A program made the translations under genes and the position numbers. From Spirochaetales bacterium (GTDB lineage: Bacteria > Spirochaetota > Spirochaetia > JABEVK01): a stretch of DNA of 64,000 bases. The stretch is taken from the NCBI GenBank assembly GCA_037142615.1, contig JBAXAI010000001.1, positions 224,001 to 288,000 of the forward strand, given 5' to 3'. This document shows positions 39,839 through 50,194 of this stretch, piece by piece. The notes beneath the pieces are model-generated. The model had not been told where the DNA came from and did not search any database. It was given only the letters and a program-made list of their open reading frames with translations. Every line of letters starts with the position of its first letter. The stretch's first letter is position 1.

Positions 39839-40744
39839 CTACCAACCGCGAAGTGACAGCTTTTGGTTATCGCTCAGCTGGCGCACGTCCAGCCCGGGAA
39901 TGGCTTGTCCGAGACCGGTCGAGATGACCGCCAACTTTGCCGGATCCCGGAAGTTGGCCACAGCCTCGACAATGGCATGGGCCATCCGTTTTGGATCGGC
40001 TGACTTGAAAATTCCAGAGCCAACAAACACCGTTTCGGCTCCCAGTTGCATCATCAGTGCCGCGTCCGCTGGGGTTGCGACTCCGCCTGCCGAGAAGTTG
40101 GGAACCGGAAGTTTGCCGGTTGCCGCGACTTCCAAGACCAGCTCAAACGGAGCTCCCAGGTTTTTCGCGAAGGTCATCAATTCTTCTTTCGGGGTGAGGG
40201 TCAGTTGGCGGATCTGGTCCATCAGGGTTCGCATGTGGCGCACCGCTTCGATGACGTTTCCCGTTCCGGCTTCACCTTTGGTACGGATGAGGGCGGCACC
40301 TTCCCCGATGCGGCGCAGAGCCTCGCCCAGGTCCCGGCAACCACAGACAAAGGGAACCTTGAAATCACTTTTGTAGATATGGAACTGGTCGTCTGCGGGG
40401 GTGAGAACCTCGCTCTCATCGATGAAGTCCACGTTGAGCGCTTCGAGAATCTGAGCTTCCACAAGGTGCCCGATGCGGCACTTGGCCATCACGGGGATCG
40501 ATACCGAAGCCTGGATTTCCTGGATCATTTTGGGGTCTGACATGCGGGCAACGCCGCCTTGCACCCGAATGTCGGAGGGAACCCGTTCCAAGGCCATCAC
40601 GGCGATGGCACCAGCTTCTTCAGCGATCTTGGCTTCGGCAGCCGTGGTCACATCCATGATGACCCCGCCTTTGAGCATTTCCGCCAACCCGATCTTCGTT
40701 TTCCAAGTCGCCTTTTGGCGCTGGGACCACAATGTCTCGCTCAT
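39839..40744 (-). CDS. pdxS: PLP synthase lyase subunit
   Basis: [34 protein letters not shown]. Confidence 0.97.
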   Translation of the reverse strand: MSETLWSQRQKATWKTKIGLAEMLKGGVIMDVTTAAEAKIAEEAGAIAVMALERVPSDIRVQGGVARMSDPKMIQEIQASVSIPVMAKCRIGHLVEAQILEALNVDFIDESEVLTPADDQFHIYKSDFKVPFVCGCRDLGEALRRIGEGAALIRTKGEAGTGNVIEAVRHMRTLMDQIRQLTLTPKEELMTFAKNLGAPFELVLEVAATGKLPVPNFSAGGVATPADAALMMQLGAETVFVGSGIFKSADPKRMAHAIVEAVANFRDPAKLAVISTGLGQAIPGLDVRQLSDNQKLSLRGW

Positions 40745-40846
40745 CGATCCGACCTCACTTTCCCTTGCAATTTATGCTTCTCAAGTGAAAGAGTCAATGC
40801 GCCCAGATGTCTGACACAGTCCGTTTCCGGGTGTATAATGTCCCCA

Positions 40847-41263
40847 ATGCGAGCAGTGCTGTTGGTTCTTTGTGTGACCGTTCCGCTGTCGGGAGAAGTC
40901 TTGGATTTTCCCGCGCTTTGGAGCCGGGACTACCCCGTAGCGAGCCCGAACGCCGTCGAAAACCCGCGCATCAGCGACGCCTGCGAGGCTCGCGCCCGGG
41001 CCTTGGCCACGTTGGGAGTACTTTCGCACGTCGATGCCGACGGTGCCCGCGTTGGGCAGCAGATGCTTGCGCGGGGTCTGGAACCCGGCGAGTGGGGCGA
41101 GATCCTCGGAGCGGGACCCGATTGGCCGTCCATTTTCCAAGGCTGGAAGGCCAGCGCGACACACCGCGAACTCCTGGAAGACACCCGTTGGGCTCAGGTC
41201 GGTTGGGGAAGTTCCAGGCGAGGAACTCAACTGGTTGTGGTGGTCAGGTTCTGGCGGCCTTGA
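40847..41263 (+). CDS. secreted CAP/SCP-domain protein
   Basis: LSH, GEIL, WKASATHRELL; signal peptide; CTGACA-17-TATAAT promoter. Confidence 0.75.
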   Translation: MRAVLLVLCVTVPLSGEVLDFPALWSRDYPVASPNAVENPRISDACEARARALATLGVLSHVDADGARVGQQMLARGLEPGEWGEILGAGPDWPSIFQGWKASATHRELLEDTRWAQVGWGSSRRGTQLVVVVRFWRP

Positions 41264-41587
41264 CTACGATTGCCGACGCTCGGGGATCGAGCTGACCTTC
41301 GCCGGATCCTTGCCCGCCGCCAGAAACAGCCCGCAGTAGCATTGTCCATAGTCAGCGATGTCCGCTGCCGAATAGCGGCAAGGGCAGATGATGTCAGCAT
41401 TTGCTTCTTCGGCACCCTCCAGGTCCCGGCACGGACAAAACGGCTTACCGGTTTCAAGCGATCGGCTCGAGAGGCCCTCCAGGATGGGCTGTGTCAGGTC
41501 TTTGTCGGTGTTGACCACCCACCCGCGCCTTTGGGCAACCTGCGAAACGTAGGCTTCGATCGAAGGCAGGTCGCCAAGCTTACTCAA
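41264..41587 (-). CDS. ferredoxin-thioredoxin reductase catalytic subunit
   Basis: CPC, CPC and CYC motifs. Confidence 0.9.
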   Translation of the reverse strand: MSKLGDLPSIEAYVSQVAQRRGWVVNTDKDLTQPILEGLSSRSLETGKPFCPCRDLEGAEEANADIICPCRYSAADIADYGQCYCGLFLAAGKDPAKVSSIPERRQS

Positions 41588-41927
41588 CGGGTTCCGCCTC
41601 GTCCGCCTCGTCCGCCTCGTCAGGATGAGGGAGTCCGAGGAACTCCTCCCAATAGCGCTGTATGTAGCCCAGGGTGTAGGCTTCACCGTCTTTGACGAGC
41701 GACGGGTAGGAAAGGTTGATCCCAAACTTCTGACGGAACTCATCCTTGCTCTTGAGTTTCAAGTCGGCCTCGACGAGGTCGAGATACACAAACTCGAAGG
41801 CAATTTCCTTCGTGCGGAGAAAATCCATTCCGCGTTTGCAAAAACCGCAGGTTGACAGCGCCAGCACTTGCAACCGACCCGAACTCTTGGGACCGGCAAC
41901 CTCGGTGAACGTCACTTGATCAAACAT
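41580..41927 (-). CDS. glutaredoxin-like protein
   Basis: LSTCGFC active site, SYP cis-Pro motif. Confidence 0.88.
   Translation of the reverse strand: MFDQVTFTEVAGPKSSGRLQVLALSTCGFCKRGMDFLRTKEIAFEFVYLDLVEADLKLKSKDEFRQKFGINLSYPSLVKDGEAYTLGYIQRYWEEFLGLPHPDEADEADEAEPVE
41593..41619. repeat. 9-bp tandem repeat x3
   Basis: TCCGCCTCG x3, encoding the DEADEADEA tail of the glutaredoxin. Confidence 0.8.
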
Positions 41928-41938
41928 TATCTTGCCCC

Positions 41939-42946
41939 TCAGTTGGCATTGAGTTTGGCGTAATTGCTGACCCCTTCGGTTCTGGTCTCAACCAGCCCTC
42001 GGAGGTCCGCTGCCTGCAGGAACTTTTTGAATTGCGAGTAACCCAGAGTCTTGAGGTCGATCTTGCGCTCCCGCATGCGGGAACTGATCAGGCTGTACTC
42101 ATGAAACTGGGCCTCGCGGCCCGAGTCAAGGTCGCCAAGCGACTCCACCAAAGCCTTGAGCGCCTTTTGCAGGTCGCCGCCCTTGTCGCGGACCTCGCGG
42201 TTTTCTTTGGCTTCGGCCAGAAGAATTTCGGGGTTGCCGTCTTTTTCAATCAACTGGATCACTCCGTGGCGCACAGCGGCCGAAATGAAGTCGCCCCATC
42301 GCTTGTAGCCCATGTGTTTTTCGTCAAAGTTGGGGTTCAGCATCTTCATCCGCATCTTCACATTGCCGACATTGACCGGTTTGCCTTCCTTGGCCAGGAT
42401 TCCAACCGCCTCGGTCAAGGCCGAGAACCAGAACTCCGGACCGACCTTCTGCGTGGGTGCCTGGACTGGGCCCGGGGCATCGTCCTCGTCCTCGTCAGCG
42501 GGCAGGATATCCCGATAGTCAATGAAACTGTCGGCGATGGAAAGTAGTTCTTGGCTTGCAGTCTTGATATCGCACACAATATGGGTCATTTTTCCGGCCC
42601 GCCGCAGGGTGAGCAAGAGAGGCCGGAAATCGCTGTCGCCAGTTACCAAAACGTAGGTGTCAATGTGCTCGTAGAGGCGAAGATTCTCGAGCGTGTCACT
42701 GACCAACTGGATGTCAACAGAGTTCTTCTTTTTCCGCTCCGAAGGAACATGGACAAGGTAGAACTGGTACTTCTTCAGTTGGAACGCCAGTTTGGCAAAA
42801 TTGGGGGCGCTCCAGTCAGCGTAAGCCTTGGCAGAAACAACCCGACCCAAGTTCTCGGCGTATTCCTGCAGGGAGTCAATGAAAAGTGAGTTATTCCCCG
42901 GGGGGGTCACGTTCTCCATGTCCCAGATGATGCAGATGTTTGACAT
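41939..42946 (-). CDS. NYN (LabA/DUF88) domain protein with two OST-HTH/LOTUS domains
   Basis: WDMEN, KNSVDIQLVSD, VTGDSDF; FDEKHMGYKRW and LGYSQFKKFL. Confidence 0.88.
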   Translation of the reverse strand: MSNICIIWDMENVTPPGNNSLFIDSLQEYAENLGRVVSAKAYADWSAPNFAKLAFQLKKYQFYLVHVPSERKKKNSVDIQLVSDTLENLRLYEHIDTYVLVTGDSDFRPLLLTLRRAGKMTHIVCDIKTASQELLSIADSFIDYRDILPADEDEDDAPGPVQAPTQKVGPEFWFSALTEAVGILAKEGKPVNVGNVKMRMKMLNPNFDEKHMGYKRWGDFISAAVRHGVIQLIEKDGNPEILLAEAKENREVRDKGGDLQKALKALVESLGDLDSGREAQFHEYSLISSRMRERKIDLKTLGYSQFKKFLQAADLRGLVETRTEGVSNYAKLNAN

Positions 42947-43028
42947 ACCACCATTCTACCGTATGCGACCCGGTTGTCAAATTGGGAAACGCCTTGCAAG
43001 TTCAACAATCCTCACTAAACTGTAAGAG

Positions 43029-44225
43029 ATGTTGCAGCGCCTGTTCCTCCCCATTCTCGTTGTCCTTTTTACCCTTCAGGTCGTAGGGATTGCACTCGCC
43101 GTGTTCCTATTGCCACCGCTGGCGACCGCCGTTGTCTGCCTGTTGAGTGCTGTCTTGCTGGTAGCCCTGTTCTTCTTCAAGCCCGCAACCTCCGTGCAGC
43201 CAACTCCGACCGCACCGCTTGAACCACCGATCCTTTCGCCCCCGACGGAGTCGGTCGTGGCTGCTCCCGTGGCCGTACTTGATACCGATCCCTTGCAAGA
43301 ACAGCAGGTGTCGCTTGACCTCGCGGGCCGGTTGTCCAATTTGGTGGCGAAGGACACCGAAGAGGCTGTCGTCGCATTGACCGAAAGTCTTTTCTCCTTG
43401 CTGGAATCCAGTCGGCAGGTTTCCCTCCATATCGAGGAATCGCTCGATTCGTTGACGAAAGGCGAAGCGGGACTAGGCAATACGGCCAAAAACCTTGAAA
43501 GCCACTGGCTTTCGTTTCGCAACCTGGGCGAAAACTTCGCCGCCCTGCAGCAGGCGCTTTCGGCGGATATCCAGGTGCTCACCCAGACGGTCAGTGCGAT
43601 CGATGAGTTTTCTGACAACATCTCTGACTTGGCGGATCAGACCAATGTTCTCGCTATCAACGCTTCCATCGAGGCCGCGAGAGTTGGACTCCACGGTAAG
43701 GGGTTCGCGGTGATCGCCAACCAGGTGCAGAGTCTCGCCAAGAGTTCCAAGCAAATCGCTGAGAAAATGGCGACAACAGTCAGTGATGTCGTGCGGACCG
43801 TAGAGGCGTCCTTTGACCGCCAGACTCAGCGTATCCAGGGATCGCAGGCGCTCATTCGACGATCGGAGACTGATCTGCGGACTTGGTCTTCCCTGGTAGA
43901 ACCTCAAGTCCTCAAAGTCGGCCAAATGATCGAGCAAAGCCGATCCGTCGCGTCGCTCGTGACCCAGGAGCTGAATCGCGTGACTGTTTCGTTGCAGTTT
44001 CAGGACCGGATTCGCCAGATTCTTGAGCACCTGAGAATCCTGACCGAAACAGCCGGCAAACAAATCGAAAGTTTCACCGAAGTTTCGCTTTCCGAGGTTC
44101 CGGGCCCGCTTCAGGAGCGTGCCCGGCGCGAGGCGCAGGCCCTGTTTACTGTCGATCAGGAATGGGCCCTGCTGGGTAGCGGTTCCGCCAAAAAAGACGG
44201 ACCGAAAATGGTTGAGTTGTTCTAG
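43029..44225 (+). CDS. atypical short methyl-accepting chemotaxis protein
   Basis: QTNVLAINASIEAARVG, GKGFAVIA; LQFQDR near the C-terminus; N-terminal TM hairpin. Confidence 0.88.
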   Translation: MLQRLFLPILVVLFTLQVVGIALAVFLLPPLATAVVCLLSAVLLVALFFFKPATSVQPTPTAPLEPPILSPPTESVVAAPVAVLDTDPLQEQQVSLDLAGRLSNLVAKDTEEAVVALTESLFSLLESSRQVSLHIEESLDSLTKGEAGLGNTAKNLESHWLSFRNLGENFAALQQALSADIQVLTQTVSAIDEFSDNISDLADQTNVLAINASIEAARVGLHGKGFAVIANQVQSLAKSSKQIAEKMATTVSDVVRTVEASFDRQTQRIQGSQALIRRSETDLRTWSSLVEPQVLKVGQMIEQSRSVASLVTQELNRVTVSLQFQDRIRQILEHLRILTETAGKQIESFTEVSLSEVPGPLQERARREAQALFTVDQEWALLGSGSAKKDGPKMVELF

Positions 44226-44233
44226 GGGGAAAC

Positions 44234-44599
44234 GTGGCGAAAAAAATCCTCTGTATCGATGATTCATCGACAATTCGAATGCTCGTCAAGAAAACCTTGG
44301 CGGGCTTGGATTACGTTGTACTCGAAGCGGATAATGGTCAGGCCGGGGTCGAAATCGCGGCCCGCGAGCCGATAGATCTCTTTCTCATCGACGTCAACAT
44401 GCCGGTGATGAATGGTTTTGAGTGCGTCGCAGCCCTGAAGGCAACGCCCAAGTACGGCAAGGTACCGATGGTATTTCTTACCACAGAGAGCAGTCAGGAA
44501 AAGAAGGACAAAGGTCGCCAGCTTGGGGTGGCGGGGTGGATTGTGAAACCTTTTGAGCCCGAAGCCCTTGTGAAAATTCTTCGGATGCTGGCTCCGTGA
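44234..44599 (+). CDS. cheY: CheY-like response regulator
   Basis: IDDS, DVNMP, LTTE, KPF. Confidence 0.9.
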   Translation: MAKKILCIDDSSTIRMLVKKTLAGLDYVVLEADNGQAGVEIAAREPIDLFLIDVNMPVMNGFECVAALKATPKYGKVPMVFLTTESSQEKKDKGRQLGVAGWIVKPFEPEALVKILRMLAP

Positions 44600-46959
44600 A
44601 GAAACCCTCCGCCGCGACAGCAGCGCTTTTGCGAAGGTTACGAGCTTTTCGTCCGGGTGACTTGTTGGAATCTGCGGAACTGACCGAGGCGCTCGAAGCC
44701 CTCATTGTAGCTGACGAGACAAGTTTTGATGACTCCGCGATGCTCAGCAAGCTTCTCGAGGACTTCACGGTCGTAGTCCGCAGCGAGGCGGGTGTCGAAG
44801 CTGATGCCAGGTGGGAGGCGTTGCTGCAGACGTTGCCAGCAAAGAAATCCACCGGAAGGGGAGCCCCCAAGAGCACAAAGTCTGCTGAGCCGACTGCCCG
44901 GACCCTGGCGGGCTCGGATGGTCTTTGGGTTGACCTTGAGGTATTGGGTTCGTTCCTTAGCGAGGCCAGGGAGCACCTTGAGGAAATCGAACCGCGGATC
45001 CTGAGCCTCGAATCACAGTTTTCCCCACAGACCGTCAACGAGGTCTTCCGCGCTGTCCACACCATCAAGGGGGTCTCTGGCTTCCTTGATTTGGATCAAA
45101 TCAAGTCGCTCAGCCACGAACTCGAGTTCATTCTCGACGGGCTTCGCAGCGGTAAACTTGGGATCAGCTCGGCGGTGGTGGATCTCTTGCTTCAAGGATG
45201 CGATCAGTTGCAAAAGATGGTTCACGATGTCGGGGCTCAGGCAGACTCCATGAAGAAGGAAGCGGGTTTGGGCCTGTTGAAGCCGACCCCCTTTGACCTG
45301 GCTCCCTTGATGCAGCAGTTCCAGCGGATCCAAAACACGGCTCCAACCGGCTCCCCCGAAATCAGCGAACTGCTGCAGAACCCTGAACTCATCGCGAAGT
45401 TCGGTCAGGAAGCCGTCGATACACTCGAAACCGTCGAACAATGCATCTTGACGATGGAAAAAACCCGGAAAACCGGCGACTACCTTAACGAGGCGTTTCG
45501 TTCCATTCACACGCTCAAGGGAAATGCCGGTTTTTTTGGGTTTGCCCAGCTTGAGAGCCTTTGTATGGAGATGGAAAGTGATCTGGATTCGCTGCGCAAA
45601 GGTCAAACCCAGATCGGTGAGGATAGCATCCAGAGCCTTCTGCACTACCTTGACCGTCTACGTGGGTTGGTCCAGACCTCAACCGTGCCCAAGCCCGCTG
45701 TCCGGGAAGTTCGCGTAGAAGTCGCGGTTGTGCCCGAAGCTTTGGCCGAGCCGCCAAAGGCCGAAACCGAGACAGCGAAATACAGCGTCAAGAAGAAGGA
45801 TATCCGGGTCGACACCGAGAAACTCGACTCTCTGTTTGACCTCATTGGTGAATTGATCACGGCCGAGGCCATGGTGATCGACAGTCCCGATCTCAAAGGG
45901 CTCGACCTCGAGGGCTTCAGCAAGTCGGCGGCCTACCTGTCGAAGATCACGCGCGAGTTGCAGAACATCACGATGTCGATCCGCATGATTCCTCTCGAGG
46001 GGCTGTTCAGCAAGATGAACCGTTTGGTGCGGGATTTGGGACGCAAGTTCAACAAAGAGATAGAATTGGACATCAGCGGTGCCGAGACCGAGATGGACCG
46101 AAACATCATTGAAGAGATTTCAGACCCGCTGGTTCACATTATCCGGAACGCCGTTGACCACGGCATTGAAGACACCCCTATCCGCAAGGCCAAGGGAAAA
46201 AACCTCAACGGAAAGATCAGCTTGAACGCCCGCTACGAAGGCAATGAAATCTGGATCACCGTGTCGGACGATGGTGCCGGACTCAACCGCGAGCGGATCC
46301 TCGAAGTCGCGATTGAGAGGGGCTTGCTCACCAACGGTGATGAACTGACCGACGGCGAGGTCTGGAAGCTGGTTTTCGAGCCCGGTTTCTCTACCGCCAA
46401 GGAAGTTTCTGAAATTTCGGGCCGCGGTGTCGGCATGGATGTCGTCAAAAAGAATCTTGAGAAACTTCGCGGCCAAATTGACATTCAGACGGTGACAGAC
46501 AAAGGAACCGATTTTGTCCTGAAGATTCCGTTAACCTTGGCGATCATCGACGGGGTCACGTTGCGTTGTGGCAGCATGCTGTATTCCTTGCCGATTGGTG
46601 ACGTGGTTGAGTTTCAAAACTTTGACCCCGAGAAACTGACCAGCACCGACCCTCACCACAGCGTCATGAGGCTAAGAGGCGAAATCCTCCCTGTGATGGC
46701 TTTGTCGGACTTTTTCCAGAGCAGCAGCCAAAGTACCCAACTGGCTTCCGAAAAGCAGGTATCCATCATCCTGAAGAGCCAAAACCGCAAGATGGCCGTC
46801 ATTGTTGACGAGATTGTCGGCTACAAACAGATCGTGCTCAAAGCTCTTCCTGAGTTTATGGCCCATCTGAAGGGCGTCTCGGGCTGTACGATCATGGGAA
46901 ACGGCGAGGTGAGCCTCATTATTGACGTGAACGCACTGTTTCAAAGGTATCTCGATTGA
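44596..46959 (+). CDS. cheA: chemotaxis histidine kinase with two Hpt domains
   Basis: HTIKG and HTLKG; HIIRNAVDHG, DDGAG, SGRGVGMDVV; C-terminal CheW-like domain. Confidence 0.95.
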   Translation: MKKPSAATAALLRRLRAFRPGDLLESAELTEALEALIVADETSFDDSAMLSKLLEDFTVVVRSEAGVEADARWEALLQTLPAKKSTGRGAPKSTKSAEPTARTLAGSDGLWVDLEVLGSFLSEAREHLEEIEPRILSLESQFSPQTVNEVFRAVHTIKGVSGFLDLDQIKSLSHELEFILDGLRSGKLGISSAVVDLLLQGCDQLQKMVHDVGAQADSMKKEAGLGLLKPTPFDLAPLMQQFQRIQNTAPTGSPEISELLQNPELIAKFGQEAVDTLETVEQCILTMEKTRKTGDYLNEAFRSIHTLKGNAGFFGFAQLESLCMEMESDLDSLRKGQTQIGEDSIQSLLHYLDRLRGLVQTSTVPKPAVREVRVEVAVVPEALAEPPKAETETAKYSVKKKDIRVDTEKLDSLFDLIGELITAEAMVIDSPDLKGLDLEGFSKSAAYLSKITRELQNITMSIRMIPLEGLFSKMNRLVRDLGRKFNKEIELDISGAETEMDRNIIEEISDPLVHIIRNAVDHGIEDTPIRKAKGKNLNGKISLNARYEGNEIWITVSDDGAGLNRERILEVAIERGLLTNGDELTDGEVWKLVFEPGFSTAKEVSEISGRGVGMDVVKKNLEKLRGQIDIQTVTDKGTDFVLKIPLTLAIIDGVTLRCGSMLYSLPIGDVVEFQNFDPEKLTSTDPHHSVMRLRGEILPVMALSDFFQSSSQSTQLASEKQVSIILKSQNRKMAVIVDEIVGYKQIVLKALPEFMAHLKGVSGCTIMGNGEVSLIIDVNALFQRYLD

Positions 46960-47825
46960 GCAGCGTCGAGGAACTTCCTGAGGGTACGATTCTCGTCGAT
47001 ATTTCTGACTCGGAGTTCCAGTCTCTTTCTGCACTCGTCTATCAGCAGTTCGGCATCAACCTGACCGACAAGAAGAAAGCCTTGGTTCGCGGACGCCTCA
47101 ATCGGGTGCTCCGGAACCGCAACCTGAAGACTTTTCGTGAGTACCTCGACCTCGTTCAGCACGACCCCACCGGACTGAGCCTCATCGAGCTCATTGACCG
47201 GATCTCGACCAACCACACGTTCTTCTTCCGCGAGGCTGACCATTTTACTTTCCTCATCGAAGAAGTGCTTCCCGGTCTTCTGCAGCAGGTTGCCAGGGAA
47301 TCAGCAACCAAGGAGATCCGTCTCTGGTGCGCTGGGTGCGCTACAGGCGAGGAGGCCTACACGTTGGCAATGCTTTGCCATGACTTTGCCCAGTCCCACG
47401 GTTTCGCCGGCACGATCAAGCTGCTGGCCACTGACATTTCGGTGACGGCCCTGGAAGCTGCCTCGAAGGGACAGTACAACGACGAACGCATTCGTCTGAT
47501 ACCAGAAACCCTGAAGAAGAAATATCTCACCAAGCTCAGTGAAGATCTTTGGGCCATCAATCCGGTCCTGAAGTCGATGGTCTTGTTCAAGCGTCTGAAC
47601 TTCATGGATCAGAGTTTTCCCTTCAAGAACCGTTTCCACGTGATCTTCTGCCGAAACGTGATGATCTACTTTGACCGTCCAACGAAGAATGACCTGGTAT
47701 CGCGGTTGAGTAGTTGTTTGTACCCCGGACACTACTTTTTCATCGGGCATTCGGAAACTCTGGGGCGTGACTCGTTTGATCTGGACTATGTGAAGCCATC
47801 TGTCTACAAGAAGCGCGTACCGTGA
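46956..47825 (+). CDS. cheR: chemotaxis methyltransferase
   Basis: TFFFRE, AGCATGEE, IFCRNVMIYFD, GHSE. Confidence 0.95.
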   Translation: MSSVEELPEGTILVDISDSEFQSLSALVYQQFGINLTDKKKALVRGRLNRVLRNRNLKTFREYLDLVQHDPTGLSLIELIDRISTNHTFFFREADHFTFLIEEVLPGLLQQVARESATKEIRLWCAGCATGEEAYTLAMLCHDFAQSHGFAGTIKLLATDISVTALEAASKGQYNDERIRLIPETLKKKYLTKLSEDLWAINPVLKSMVLFKRLNFMDQSFPFKNRFHVIFCRNVMIYFDRPTKNDLVSRLSSCLYPGHYFFIGHSETLGRDSFDLDYVKPSVYKKRVP

Positions 47826-48874
47826 AGCGGATCAAAGTCCTCATCGTGGATGATTCGGCCGTTGTCCGTGAGATTCTGTCAAACGGCCTTTCCCGCTACC
47901 CGGAAATTGAGGTCGTTGGAACGGCTGGCGATGTGTTTCGCGCCCGCGAGGTTATTCTGTCCAAGTCTCCCGATGTCTTGACGCTCGACATTGAGATGCC
48001 TCGCATGGACGGCTTGATGTTCTTGAAGAAACTCATGCCCCAGTACCCTATCCCCGTGATCATGCTGTCCGCGCTCGCTGGCCCCGGAGCAGCGGCCTCG
48101 TTGGAAGCCCTCAAGTACGGCGCCGTAGAAGTGGTCACGAAGCCGGCTGCCAACTTGCGTCAGGAACTTGGTGTGATGCTCGACGACCTGGCCGAGAAGA
48201 TAAAGGCTGCGGCGCTGGTCGATGTGAGCAAGTGGAAAAGTGACAGTTGGAAAGATCCAGTCGCCCGGATTCGAGCCGGATCGTTGGCGAGGTCGACTGA
48301 TAAAGTGGTTGTCATTGGTGCGTCGACCGGTGGAACGGTAGCCCTGCACACTGTGATCACCGCGTTTCCGCCCGACATGGCAGGAACCGTGATTGTGCAG
48401 CATATGCCACCTGTGTTCACGCGCCTGTTTGCCGAAAAACTCGACTCCGAGTCTCAGGTTCAGGTCAAAGAGGCCGTCAACGGGGATCGGATCATTCAGG
48501 GGCGGGTCCTGATTGCTCCTGGAGGGTTCCAAACTACGGTCTTCCGGTCTGGAGGAGAATATCTGGTGCGGGTTGCCGAGGGAGACAAGGTCAACGGACA
48601 CGCACCTTCGGTGGATGTTCTTTTCGATTCGGTTGCCGAAACCGTGGGGGCCAATGCCGTGGGCGTTGTGCTGACGGGAATGGGTCGCGACGGCGCGCAG
48701 GGCCTTCTCAACATGAAGAAAGCCGGTGCCCGCACGTTAAGCCAGGACGAAAAGACTTCGCTCATCTACGGAATGCCCAAAGAAGCTTGGGAATACGGCG
48801 GTTCCGAGTTGCAGGTGCCAATTCAGAACGTCCCGGCTGAAATTATTCGTTCGCTCAAGAGAATGCAAGGATGA
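47822..48874 (+). CDS. cheB: chemotaxis methylesterase
   Basis: Receiver domain plus GASTGG, QHMP, LTGMGRDG. Confidence 0.96.
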   Translation: MKRIKVLIVDDSAVVREILSNGLSRYPEIEVVGTAGDVFRAREVILSKSPDVLTLDIEMPRMDGLMFLKKLMPQYPIPVIMLSALAGPGAAASLEALKYGAVEVVTKPAANLRQELGVMLDDLAEKIKAAALVDVSKWKSDSWKDPVARIRAGSLARSTDKVVVIGASTGGTVALHTVITAFPPDMAGTVIVQHMPPVFTRLFAEKLDSESQVQVKEAVNGDRIIQGRVLIAPGGFQTTVFRSGGEYLVRVAEGDKVNGHAPSVDVLFDSVAETVGANAVGVVLTGMGRDGAQGLLNMKKAGARTLSQDEKTSLIYGMPKEAWEYGGSELQVPIQNVPAEIIRSLKRMQG

Positions 48875-49347
48875 CCAGGATCGACGTCGGAATAGGGGAC
48901 TTGAGCGTCACTGGCGGAGACAAAGAGATCAAGACCTACGCTCTGGGGTCATGCGTGGCGCTGGTGGTTTGGGACAGCAGCCTCAAGGCCGGCGGGATGG
49001 TTCATATCGCTTTGCCGGAAAGCCAGATCAACCCAGAAAAGGCCCGCGACAAACCGGGCTACTTTGCCGATACCGGACTCCCGCTTCTGTTTTCTGAATT
49101 GAAGAAGCTGGGAGCCAACCGCAAGACCTGCTGGGTCAAGATGATTGGTGGCTCGAGCATTCTCGATGAAAACAACACCTTTGATATTGGGCGGAGAAAC
49201 GCGCTGGCCGTGAAAAAGTTCCTTTGGAAGATCGGTCTGGCTCTGACAGCCGAGGACTGCGGCGGCAATATTTCCAGAACAGTGTCTTTGGCAGTGCCGA
49301 CTGGTGAACTTGTCATAGCCAACGGCAACTCTCGATGGAGCATCTAG
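48871..49347 (+). CDS. cheD: chemoreceptor glutamine deamidase
   Basis: LGSCV, GGMVHIALP, FADT, IGRRN. Confidence 0.93.
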   Translation: MTRIDVGIGDLSVTGGDKEIKTYALGSCVALVVWDSSLKAGGMVHIALPESQINPEKARDKPGYFADTGLPLLFSELKKLGANRKTCWVKMIGGSSILDENNTFDIGRRNALAVKKFLWKIGLALTAEDCGGNISRTVSLAVPTGELVIANGNSRWSI

Positions 49348-49355
49348 GAGGCATC

Positions 49356-49751
49356 ATGTATGACAACATTCTGATTGTTGATGATTCGGAAACTTCCCGC
49401 ATGATCATCAAGAAATGCCTTTTGATGTCCGGTCACGAAGCGGCTTCCTACTGGGAGGCCGAGGATGGCATTAAGGCCATGTCTATCCTTGGTTCTCACC
49501 CCGTTGATCTGGTCGTGACAGATCTCAACATGCCCAGGATGGACGGGCTGACCTTGGTTCGTAAGCTACGCAAAGGAGACGCGACCCGTGAACTCAAGGT
49601 TGTTGTTATTTCCAGCATGGGGAACCAACAGATTGATAGCGAACTGCAGAATCTGGGGGTCTTTTCGATCATCCGCAAGCCCGTGACTCCCGCCAAGATC
49701 CTTCAGGCTGTCGGGGCCGAGACGGGCTCGGCAGAAGGGGGAGAGTTTTGA
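49356..49751 (+). CDS. single-domain response regulator
   Basis: VDDS, DLNMP, KP; AGGAGG SD. Confidence 0.88.
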   Translation: MYDNILIVDDSETSRMIIKKCLLMSGHEAASYWEAEDGIKAMSILGSHPVDLVVTDLNMPRMDGLTLVRKLRKGDATRELKVVVISSMGNQQIDSELQNLGVFSIIRKPVTPAKILQAVGAETGSAEGGEF

Positions 49752-49753
49752 TC

Positions 49754-50194
49754 ATGACGGAAGACTCGGTTCTCAGTGTCGTTCGCGCGACTTTCGAGGA
49801 AATGACCTTTCTGGACGTCGGGCCAGCCGGACCTAACCCTGCCAAGGTAGAGTCCGGCCCGATCTTGTTCCTGCCGTATTCCCACCCACGCGTTGGCAGC
49901 CTTTCCCTCAGCATGCCCAAGGAAATCAAGTTTCTATCCTCCGAGAATATCTACGGTGAGTCTTGGAAGGAACTCTCGTCGGAACAGATCGACGACAGCC
50001 TGCTGGAATTGCTGAACGTTCTGGTCGGGCGGTTGCTCACTTTGCACTTCGGTGAGCAGTCTGGCTATGTGATGGGCCTTCCCACGGTACTGTTTGACGA
50101 GCCGATTGCTGATCACGGCGCTGAAACCCAAGATTTCGTTTTTCAGATCGACGCTTATCAATTCCACCTCACGTGGAGCGAGGTGGTACCATGA
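49754..50194 (+). CDS. CheX/CheC-like phosphatase
   Basis: DSLLELLNVLVG ExxN motif, MGLPTV. Confidence 0.72.
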   Translation: MTEDSVLSVVRATFEEMTFLDVGPAGPNPAKVESGPILFLPYSHPRVGSLSLSMPKEIKFLSSENIYGESWKELSSEQIDDSLLELLNVLVGRLLTLHFGEQSGYVMGLPTVLFDEPIADHGAETQDFVFQIDAYQFHLTWSEVVP

